Assembly: GCF_023055435.1 (NCBI RefSeq)
Contig: NW_025963824.1
Span: 32,674,001-32,738,000, forward strand
From: Haliotis rufescens
Lineage: Eukaryota
Reading direction: 5' to 3'
Length of the DNA stretch: 64,000 bases
Under the pieces are notes generated by a model. The model did no database searches, was not told the DNA's origin, and worked only from the letters and a program-made list of their open reading frames with translations. This document shows, in pieces, positions 42,501 through 54,500 of the stretch; positions within the stretch are counted from its first letter, which is position 1, and each line of letters opens with the position of its first letter. The position numbers and the translations under genes are program-made.

Positions 42501-45500
42501 GTACAATGTGTGAAGCCCATTTCTGGTGTCCCCCGCCGTGATAGTGCTGGAATATTGCTAAAAGCGGCGTTAAACCATACTCACTCACTCCTTTAAGTAC
42601 AAGCTCAAGCCCACAATGCATTGCCTCACATGTTTAAAGCTCATTTCTGGTGTGCTAGAATATTGCTGGAATATTGCTAGAAGTGACGTAAAACCTCACT
42701 CACTCACTCAATCCTAGTTTTTACAAGTTGTGTAGTACAATATCATGTGAGATTAGGTTTATTTCCATTCTACAATGACTAAAGGGGCGGTCGGGTAGCC
42801 TAGTGGTTAAAGTGTTCGCTCTTCACGCCGAAGACCCGGGTTCGATTCCCGACATGGGTACAATGTGTGAAGCCCATTTCTGGTGTCCCCCGCCGTGATA
42901 TTGTTGGAATATTGCTAAAAGCGGCATAAAACCATACTCACTCACTCACTCACTCACTACAATGACTAAAATGTGTTTTTAATTCGGACTATTTTTCCTG
43001 CACAATTCAATGCAGTGATTGTTGGTCCTATACAGCTAGACCACAGCTCAATTCGGACGAGCTGTAAATGTGAAATATATATTTTACGAAAATCAACTAG
43101 TCCCTCTAGACTTTGACTAGTCTCGGACTAACAGAATAGTGGCTATGTCTAACCCCATTAAGGTATATTTTGACTACTATGACTAAGAAATTCTCATCAT
43201 TTCTTACCGTTGCAGTGATGCATACTGCAAATCTTGAAATTACTGTGAGCGTGAATTAAATGCGAAAAATGCGAGTGGTCTTTTTTAGCATTTATCTGTA
43301 GCTCCCAAATGACTATCAACAATAAGACAGCCTCACGGCACACTTTGGATAGCAGAAATACCAACTTGAATATGAATTTAAACACGAATACGGTTTATTG
43401 AGCAGCAGTAACAAGTGTATAACCAAGTCATTCAAAGAATAGGAATAGGTATCCAGAGAGTTATCACTGCTGGGTTCAAGAGTTCTTCCCACTCGTGTCA
43501 AACTAGTACTCCAGTAGTCCAGACAGACGCCATGTGAGGTACATTAACATGAATTTGATACCTGTTATTTAAGTAGTGTAAAATATTCATTTCCTAGTTT
43601 AAGAGAACCTTGATGAGTTGATCTCACACTGTTGTGCTGCTTGCTTTAGTTCCGGTGGCTTGCCCCGAGATTATCCTATCGACCAACACGCCCAACACCA
43701 TCCAGGTTGAGTGGAAGGAGATGCTGCCGTCTCTGCGCAACGGCATCATCACAGAGTACGAGGTGCACTACAAGACAAAGGATGCGGGGGAGATGGTTGA
43801 TGCAGTCGAGTCCAAGTCCTTCTACACAATCAGAGGTTTGTGATGAATTTGTTGTGTGCGACTTTAAATTTTAACTTGATACTCCACTTACTCATAAATT
43901 TGTCCTGATTACTTGGGAATATTTGTCTTACTTGGGAAACCGTAGCAACTGCAGATGTTACTTTGGTAACTGAATGGAATGTGGATGTTACTATGGAAAC
44001 TGAAGGGGATGTTGATGTTACTATGGAAAATGAAGGGGAATACTGATGTTACTATGGAAACTGAAGGGGAATACCGATGTTACTATGGAAACTGAAGGGG
44101 ATGTTGATGTTACTATGGAAACTGAAGGGGAATACCAATGTTACTATGGAAACTGAAGGGGATGTTGATGTTACTATGGAAATGTGAGCGAATACTGATG
44201 TTTCTATGGGAACGGAAGGCGATGTTGATGTTTCTGTGGAAACAAGGGGAATACTGATCTTACTATGGAAACTAAAGGAGATGTTGATGTTTCTATGGAA
44301 ACTGAAAGGGATGTTGATGTTTCTATGGAAACTGAAGGGGATGTTGATGTTTATCTTGAAACTGAAGGGATGTTGAAGTTTCTGTGCAAACATAAGGGGA
44401 TGCTGATGTTTCTGTGGAAACTGTAGGTACTGGAGATACTATGGAAACTGGATGGATTGTAGATGTTACTATGGAAACTGGATGGATTGTAGATGTAACT
44501 ATGGAAACTGAAGGGACTGTAGATGTGTTACTATGGAAACTTAATGGATATCTCTATGGCGATGTGACATGTTACTGTTGCAGATGTACAGCCAGATGAG
44601 GAGTACTATGTTCGAGTTTTGGCTAGGACGAAGAAGGGCTATCCTGTTCTGTCCGATGCCCAATGGCCTTGGGTCTCCATCCGGACGTCCAGACTCATCT
44701 CCTCCTGTAAGTCTCATGGCCGCCATTCATACACAAATGTTGACAATCTTTCAACAATGTTTGCACAAACTTGAAATTGCTTCAAATTGAACACTGTTCA
44801 ATTGTAAGTAGACCGCCTCCGTGGTCTAATGGTAGAGCGTCCGCCCGGAGAGCGGAAGGTCCGGGGTTCGATCCCCAGCCGCGTCATACCAAAAGACGTT
44901 AAAATATGGTACTTGTTGTTACCCTGTCTGGCGCTCGGCATTAAGGGGCTAAAACAAGGACTGGTCGGCTCGGAGTCAGTATACTGTGTCTGAGTGGGGT
45001 ATTCATGTTAAAACTGCGGTATCTCAGTGTGCTAGCACTATAAATCGGCATCAGTCCGGACTAGTACAAGCAGCCACACACACACACATACACGTGCATG
45101 CACGTCGCTACATAAGTGCAATAATCTTGGACGCAACGTTAAACCCCATTTCACCTCACCTCACCTCAATTGTAAGTTTATTGATCAAGACATGAACAAG
45201 TGCTTGAAAGGGCTGTATTTGTGATGGACATAAACCTTATCTTGAAAGACGTACAGAAATATACCAAACATTTACTATAGGTCACACCTTTGACTAAGAT
45301 AAATACTTTTGTCCTCAGCGAGTATTAGAGTAATAACCAGTCTACTACCAAACTGTTTGCTTCGCTCTCACTGTGATGTTACATTCACTTGTTAGAAGGT
45401 GTTTGGTGTTGTTAGCAGCGGCCATGAAGATCTGAGTAAGACTTGGTCTTCTGCAACCCATGCTTGTCGTAAAAGGCGACTATGCTTGTCGTAAAAGGCG

Positions 45501-48500
45501 ACTACGCTTGTCGTAAAAGGCAACTGATGGGATCAGGTGGTCAGGCTCGCTGACTTGGTTGATGCATGTCATCGTATTCCAAATACTGATGATGTCAATC
45601 ACTGGATTGTCTGGCCCAGACTTATTTTCAGACTTCACATAGCTGGAATATTGCTGAGTGTGGCGTGGCACAACGTACAGTCAATCAAAGAGTAAATAGC
45701 AAAAGTAGTCCACATGGTGAGTTGCCTCCATAAGTTGTTTCATAGACCTTTTGAACAGGTTAACTAGAAATGTGGTTTGATAGCTTGGATTTGGGTGTCA
45801 CCATTCTAAGTGTCGAAGACCTGTATCACTTGGGGCCTTCCTCCCCAGGTGACAAGCTGTGATAGGACTAAATACTTTTCAAAGCAGTGTTAAACATAAC
45901 TCACTTGCAATCCTTTTCCATTGTGTACAGTCCCGATGCCCCACCTCCACATTGTGCGTAAGAATGCCTCAGTGGTTGTTGTCAAGTGGGCCATTGACGA
46001 TCAGCAGGGCAAGGTGGAGACGTACCAGATTCAGTTGAAGAACCTGCAGGATAAGGGCACTGTTCTACATACCGACACCATCACGGGACCAGCTGAACAA
46101 TATGTCCTTACAGACCTAGGTAAGTACCCAGACAATATTTCCTCACTGACCTAGGTAGGTTCACAGACAATACGTCCTAACTGACCTAGGTAGGTACTCA
46201 GACAATACATCCTCACTGACCTAGGTAGGTTCACAGACAATACTTCCTCATTGTCCTTGGTAGGTACTCAGACAATACGTCCTAACTGACCTAGGTAGGT
46301 ACCCAGACAATATGTCCTTACAGACCTAGGTAGGTACTCAGACAATACATCCTCACTGACCTAGAGAGGTTCACAGACAATACGTCCTAACTGACCTAGG
46401 TAGGTACTCAGACAATACGTCCTAACTGACCTAGGTAGGTACTCCGACAATACGTCCTCACTGACCTAGGTAGGTACACAGACAATACGTCCTCACTGAC
46501 CTAGGTAGGTACACCGACAATATGTCCTTACAGACCTAGGTAGGTACTCAGACAATACATCCTCACTGACCTAGAGAGGTTCACAGACAATACGTCCTAA
46601 CTGACCTAGGTAGGTACTCAGACAATACGTCCTAACTGACCTAGGTAGGTACTCCGACAATACGTCCTCACTGACCTAGGTAGGTACACAGACAATACGT
46701 CCTCACTGACCTAGGTAGGTTCACAGACAATACATCCTCACTGACCTAGGTAGGTACACAGACAAAACGTCCTCACTGACCTAGGTAGGTACACAGACAA
46801 TACGTCCTCACTGACCTAGGTAGGTACACCGACAATACGTCCTCACTGACCTAGGTAGGTACACTGACAATACGTCCTCACTGACCTAGGTAGGTACTCA
46901 GACAATACGTCCTCATTGGCCTTGGTAGGTTCACGGACAATACATCCTCACTGACCTAGGTAGGTTCACGGACAATACGTCCTCATTGGCCTTGGTAGGT
47001 ACTCAGACAATACGTCCTCATTGGCCTTGGTAGGTACTCAGACAATACGTCCTCATTGGCATTGGTAGGTTCACGGACAATACGTCCTCACTGACCTAGG
47101 TAGGTTCACGGACAATACGTCCTCATTGGCCATGGTAGGTACTCAGACAATACGTCCTCACTGACCTAGGTAGGTACTCAGACAAAACGTCCTCACTGAC
47201 CTAGGTAGGTACTCCGACAATACGTCCTCACTGAACTAGGTAGGTAATCAGACAATATTTCCTCACTGACCTAGGTAGGTACACACAATACGCCCTGACT
47301 GACCTAGGTAGCTACACAGACATTGCATACTCACTGACCTAGGTAGGTTCACAGACAATACGTCCTCACTGACCTTGCCATGTCCTCACTGACGTAGGTG
47401 GTACATGGACAATACCTGTGCTCGATTCTCTACATGGGTGCACAATGTGAATCCCATTTCATTCAAACCCCATCCCTGATATTATTGGAATATTGCTAAT
47501 AGCAAAGTAAAACCAACCTCTCTCCCTCAATGTTGTTACTGTCGTTGTTTCAGACAACAGCACAGAGTACGAAGTAACGATCACCGCAAGGGGAAATGGA
47601 GAATCATCTGGCCCCGTTGCCATGGAGTTCCGGACAACGGAAGATGGCCCTGTTTTTGCAGCCAAGGTTCTCAGCGCAAGGACGCTGAACAAGGCAACCA
47701 TCTTGTTGACTTGGATGCAGCCCGGCTCACCGCACCGAATCAAGCAGTTCGACGTGTGCTACCAGATAGAGATGGGAAAAACCCAGACTTGCAAGAAGAG
47801 GTGTGTTTATCTTTCATACCTGTAATATTGCCCAGCCCCTTCCTTAAAGAGATCATGGCGTTAGACTATCATATGTCTTCGTTAACATATGGGAGTAACG
47901 ATCACTTTGTGTTACGACTGTTGAAAGCCTATGTTAAAGTATTGCAGTCACGATGTGTCGAAAGCCTATGTTAAAGTATGGGAGTCATGATGTGTCGAAA
48001 GCCTATGTTTAAGTATGGGAGTCATGTGTTGAAAGCCTATGTTAAAGTATGGGAGTCACGATGTGTCGAAAGCCTATGTTAAAGTATGGGAGTAACGATG
48101 TGTTGAAAGACTATGTTAAAGTATTGGAGTCACAATGTGTCGAAAGCCTATGTTAAAGTATTGGAGTCACGATGTGTCGAAAGCCTATGTTAAAGTATGG
48201 GAGTCATCATGTGTTGAAAGCCTATGTTTAAGTATGGGAGTCATGATGTGTCGAAAGCCTATGTTTAAGTATGGGAGTCACAATGTGTTGAAAGCCTCTG
48301 TGAAAGTATGGGAGTCACGATGTGTCGAAAGCCTATGATAAAGTATGGGAGTCATGATGTGAATCGCGGCACCTTAGACGACTGGGCAACCCATGCCCCC
48401 GCTGGTCATAAGAAGTGAAAGTGACTTGGTTGATTGTGTGTCATTGTAGCCTGACGACGTGGATCGATGTTCATAATATCGATCACAAGATTGTCTGGTC

Positions 48501-51500
48501 CAGACTCTATTATTTACAGGCTGCTGTCATATAGCAGGAATACTGCTAAGTGCGGCGTTAAACAACAATTAAATCAAACAAAACAGTAAATCTTTGTTTG
48601 TTGAACAACGTTGAGTTGCCAAATTATGTTTTTAATAGGGGATTGTGTGGCCTAGTTGTCAAAGTTGCCACAATGCACTGTGCGATCGTGTAAGACGTGC
48701 ATGGATTATGATACTGTGGTGTTACATCTCAATCCAACCATGAAGATCCAGGGTAGAATAGGTCTTCAGTTACCCATGCTTGCCGTAAAAGGCGATTATG
48801 CTTGTCATACGAGGCGACTAACGGGATCGGGTGGTCAGGGTCGCTGACTTGGTTGATGCATGTCATCGTGTCCGAATTGCGTGGATCAATGCTCATGTTG
48901 TCAGTCACTGAATTGTCTGGTCCAGACTCGATTAATTACAGACCACAAAAAATCATATAGCTGGAATATTGCTGAGGTCGGTGTTAAACAAAAAAAACAA
49001 AACAAATAAAACATCTCACTCCCCCCTCTGTTGTTTCCAGCCTGTCCCCAAGTGTCAGCATTGCCGGACTGAAGCCGTTTACCAAGTACAAGTTCACTGT
49101 ACGTACGCACTTCCAGAACAACGATGTCAAGGTCAGCAGCCCGCTCATTGCTCAGACTCAGGAAGACAGTAAGTGTTTCGCCTAGGGCTGTTACCATGGT
49201 TACGATTCACTCACGTATTCGGTGAATCGAGCCGTATCCATTCACGAATTGAATTCGTTTTTCGTGGTCACTAGAATCGAATATTCATGAATATGCAGTT
49301 ATATGCATTTACATACCCTGACCCTTAAAATATCCATAAGAACATATTATATGCATACATTTCTTGAGTGAAAGTATTTTAGTCACTGGTCATTGTCGCA
49401 TTTGAACAGACACTAGTACCTGGATAAGTGAAGTATATTAATGTATAATAAATTAATAATTTACAAGCCATGTCAAATAATTAATTTTGTTATTGTTTCA
49501 CTGAATATCATAAATAATACATCAACTGCTGAATAAATTTTCGTATTCGTTACCCTATATTCATTATACGAATCATATTCGCCTTATAGTGGATGAAAGT
49601 AATTTGACCTTTGGTTTCATGCTGGATGACCGTATTTATTTGTGAAAAACATTGGGTTCTGCCTGTTATGTCTTTGTTTGGCACAGCATTTGTTTTTGAC
49701 TTTAGTAGTCAGTGAAAAATATTCTCTCTAACAAAATTCCCAGGCTCCATGTCCTCAAGTATTAGTGGCGGGTCGTCCCTCTCTGTCAACTCGGTCTTTA
49801 TGCTACAGCTTCTAAATGCAAGTTAAATGAATGTAATGCAAGGGAGATAACTCTGTGTCTCTCCTCCAGTCCCCAGTGCACCCACCAACATCACGTGGAT
49901 CGTGGTGTCTCCGGGCACTGTGGAGCTTCACTGGAAGCCTCCAGCCTCCCCCAACGGCGTCATCACATCCTACATCATCTTCTACAACAACAACAACAAG
50001 GTTCCTGACACCATGTGGCGCAACCTCACCCAGACAGGTAAGACCCTTGCCCAAACCTCACCCAGACAGGTAAGACCCTCGCCCAAACCTCACCCAGACA
50101 GGTAAGACCCTTGCCCAAACCTCACCCAATCAGGTAAGACCCTCGCCCAAACCTCACCCAGACAGGTAAGACCCTCGCCCAAACCTCACCCAGACAGGTA
50201 AGACCCTCGCCCAAACCTCACCCAGACAGGTAAGACCCTCGCCCAAACCTCACCCAGACAGTAGTTAGAAACAGTGCATTAAAAACATGTTTTGTTTGAA
50301 ATCTTTTAAGCAAAATCTTTTAAAAAATATCATTTGTACCATTAAGATGTTTTTATTAACTGGTGCATCAATATTTTAGAAAACCTGGGTTAGATTCCCC
50401 ACAATATTACAGAGCGTGAAACATTGTGTTTGAAATAGCGCCCGTCTGTTAGCCCTAGGCCCGTAAATCTTACGTCGGGCACATAGTTTAAAATTTGTAT
50501 GGGTCCTTATAACCTGCAGTAAATTTACGTGTCAATTTATATGTCACAATAAGCTGCAGTTTTTTAGAATGAGGATCTGAAGAGTTTGGTCAGGGCCTGC
50601 AGCTTCTAAAGTCTGTGGGTCCTGATGGCAGCCACACAATTTTGCTTATTTCAAGTACTGTCGTAAAGCCCTTGTGTCCTCACTGTTTATCTTGCTGGAA
50701 ATTAAAAACAATCTCGCCCAAGTAGACAAAAACAAACTAACCCAAGTAGATGAAACGATCCAAGAAGATCAGCTGGTCAGTTTCAAGAAGAGTTCTTTCA
50801 AAAGTCAATAACTCATTGCAATAGAAATGACCTTGACCCCTGATGTTTGTGTGCAGGGGGGCTGACACAGGCTACCGTGGATGAACTGACTGCCGCCTCC
50901 TACTTCTTCAAACTCCGAGCGTGTACCCGAGCAGGTCAAGGTCGTCCGTCACAGATCGTCGTGGTCTACCCGAACATCAAATGCACTAGCCAGACTCAGC
51001 AGCAGGAGCGATGCCGACCAGACACCATCGTCGGACCTGGTGCAAACACAGGTCAGTAGCAGTGTGTCAACGGAATAATCCTTGAAGACACGAAACTTCA
51101 GTACCCTGAAATGTTGTTACAAACAATTAAGTTGATCCGCAAGAGTTGCATCTGTTCATTGCCCTAATTTTAAGACCACCTCTGTGGGTTCGATCCCCAA
51201 CTGTGTCATACCAAAAGATGTTAAAAGATGGTACTTGTTGTTACCCTGTCTGGCGCTCGGTATTCAGGGGCTAAAACAAGGACTGGTCGGCTCGGAGTCA
51301 GCATTCTGTGTCTGAGTGGGGTATTCATGTTAAATTGCAGCATGGTATCTCAGTGAGCTAGCACCAAAATCTGCATCAGTCCTGACTAGTACAAGCAGCC
51401 CCACACACACACACACGTGCATGCACGTCGCAATATAAGTGCAATAATCTTGGACGTGACGTTAAAGTGGTAGAGCGTCCCAATTTCACTTCACATCACT

Positions 51501-54500
51501 GAATGACTTGGGGCTAAAAATAGCGAGGGAAATTCTGTGCTCAGTTTGTGAATAGAGAGATGGTGACGTTACTTCTGGAATGGTGCAATAGTGGAAATGG
51601 GACGGTGGTACTGGTCATAAGTGAGTGAATAAGTTAGGGTGTGAAACCAATGTTGAGATTTGATTGATGTGAAATTGTTATTTCAGGTCGACGAGACAAA
51701 CAGCTGGGAATAATTGTTGGTGTCACCATCGGCATTGTCTGCATCGTCATCTGCATTGTCGTCATTGTTTTTCGCAACAGGTAGGTGTGAGAGTCTCTCT
51801 GTAGGGAGTCGGGGAGGTGGGGTAGCCCAGTGGTTAAAGTGTTCGCTCATCACGCTGAAGACCTGGGTTCGATTCCCAAAATGGGTTCAATGTGTGAAGG
51901 CCATTTCTGGTGTACACGCCGGAATATTGCTAAAACCTGCCTAAAACCATACTTACTGTAGGGAGTCAGAGTTGCTTCCCTTTCGTGTTCCATGGACCTA
52001 TGATTGTGGGTGTAAATCCATTTTTGTAAGTTCATCAACACCATATGTGTGCTTGTGGGTTTCTAAGTCTTTATCTGTGAAGAGCTGGTTAGAATAGGCC
52101 TTTAGCCAGACATGCTTGCCGTAAAAGGCAACTATGCTTGTTGTTAGAAGCGAATTACGGGATCGGGTTTTCAGGCTCGCTGACTTGGTTCATGCATGTC
52201 ATCGTATCCGAGTTGCATATAGATTGATGCTCATGATGTCAATCACTGGATTGTCCGGTCCTGATGTGGTTGTTTACACACAGCTGTTATAGTTGGAATA
52301 TTTCTGAGTGTGGCGTTAAACAACAAGTAGACACTGTGTATCATCATACCCCAACAATATGGATCAGTGCTTGTGCTGTATCATGGTCAAGCACTTGTCT
52401 GCGATGATGCAGCCTCATTGTTGCACACTGGTGTTAACAAGATTAACTCCCTGTGTGACATCGAAACCCTTACAAGTACTCATTCTGTATGAGTGAGTGA
52501 TCGAGTGAGTGAGTTTGGTTTAACACGACTTTTAACAGTATTCCAGTTATATCGCGGCGTGTCAGCTTAATGTGGGAGGGGAGCACGAAGTGATGCAGGT
52601 TTCAGTCACTTACCACTTTGGTGAAACCCACGAGCATGGGTATGGTGCTGACAAACCTAGAAATGTATCGGGGCGAACCGGGATTCACACCCACAATCAT
52701 AGGTTTCTGGTGTGCCCAAGGGACGCAACTCTGCATAGCGTATGACAGTGGAGCACTGGTTTGTGATGATGACACAGCTGGAATGTAGCACAACACTGTG
52801 TCTTATAACAACATTCACTAACTCACGAGCAATCGTTCCTCTCTGCACTTTTAAAAGAAAAAATATGAAAAGAACAATTTATTAGTTTGCTCTTGTTTTC
52901 CCGATTACAGTGAGATTTGTCAGTATGCTTGACCTTTCTCTGTGTCGGTACTTTTGGCGACCTGGCACTGCTGATTGGATGTTTTTCTTTACAGATGTTT
53001 CAGATCCCGCGAACCTCCGCCTATTTACCATGGTAACGGCCACCTTCCAGGCCATGGCAATGGTCATGCTGTCCACGTGACGACCAACCGCCTCTCGGTG
53101 CCGAGCTCGGATATCGAGGCTCTCACACCTATGTTAAACTCACTGCAAGAGAACACTGAGTCGGATTCTAAGGTACGAATAGAAAGTTGGGTGTGGCATC
53201 CGCCGCATGAAAAAGTCATTCAGTTGCTTCTTAAGTTATTTAATCAGAAAATTGGTTTGAATAGGCTCCCAGAACTGTATTTCTAGTTGCAAGTTTTGGA
53301 TCAAGTGGACAAGGTTGGTTGTTTGAGTGTCATCAAATCCAGAAGGTTTGGGACATTGATCTTGGGGAATATGTACAATCATATTTCATGCATCTTCCCG
53401 AGGCAAGAGAGTTAACTGACTTGAAAAGTCCAGTTTCCACCCTTGCCGAACTAGACTGGAATTCCTGGGTTATGTCCCTTCCATGCCTCTCCTATGGACC
53501 AATCAGATTCAACCTGTCGTATCACTTGCATTTGCTTCAAACAAAATGGTGGTCCCAGTCAATACGATATGAATGATAACCAAGATCTATTTTGTGATGA
53601 AATGAGTCGTACATCTCTAAGTGCATCAAATCATGTGAACACCTTGATTAAAAACATGAAAAGATTTAGAAAATGCCTGTTGACAACGAGTTGGCGGTGC
53701 ACATGCTTTGCAAATCCTGCAATCGACAGAAATCGGTATTACGGTTTACGAATCGGATTTCGATTTCGTTGCCCGATTTTGATTGGACTATGCATAGACT
53801 CATTTGTCCAGCCAGAATGTAACTCCATAATACCAGCCTAGTTTGGCTTTTATAGTCAGTTTACTCCCTTGCCTCGGGCAGATGTATTTCATGGGGCCGG
53901 TGCTCTTGTTGTGACGTTGACACATGTTCTGTTTTAGGGAGATCGCAGTGTTAGAAATAAGAAAGATTGTCTGGCTGCCATCAGGACCAACTATCTTTAG
54001 AACCTGCAGGCCCTGACCAAACTCTTCAGGCCGTCGTTTAAAAAATGGACTTTCACATGTATTGATGCACTAGTCAATAGAATCATTGGTACAAATGAAT
54101 ACTTATCAAAAACATTTTGCTGAACCAGTTTTGAAAAAAATATTTTTTGAATCCACTATTTTTAACCAATGTCTGGGTGAGGTTTGGGTGAGTGTTTTAT
54201 CTGTCTGGGTGAGGTTTGGGCCAGTTTCTTACCTGTCTGGGTGAGGTTTTGGAGATTGTCTTATCTGTATGGGTGAGGTTTGGGAAAGTGTCTTATCTGT
54301 CTGGGTGAGGTCTGGGAGATTGTCTTATCTGTCTGGGTGAGGTTTGGGAGATTGTCTTATCTGTCTGGGTGAGGTCTGGGAGATTGTCTTATCTGTATGA
54401 GTGAGGTTTTGGAGATTGTCTTATCTGTCTGGGTGAGGTTTTGGTGATTGTCTTATCTGTATGGGTGAGGTTTGGGAAAGTGTCTTATCTGTCTGGGTGA

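Noticed and set aside
42784-42860. Functional tRNA-Asp-like genes
   Set aside because: The tRNA-like heads continue into shared bodies, tails and TSDs, so they are SINEs.
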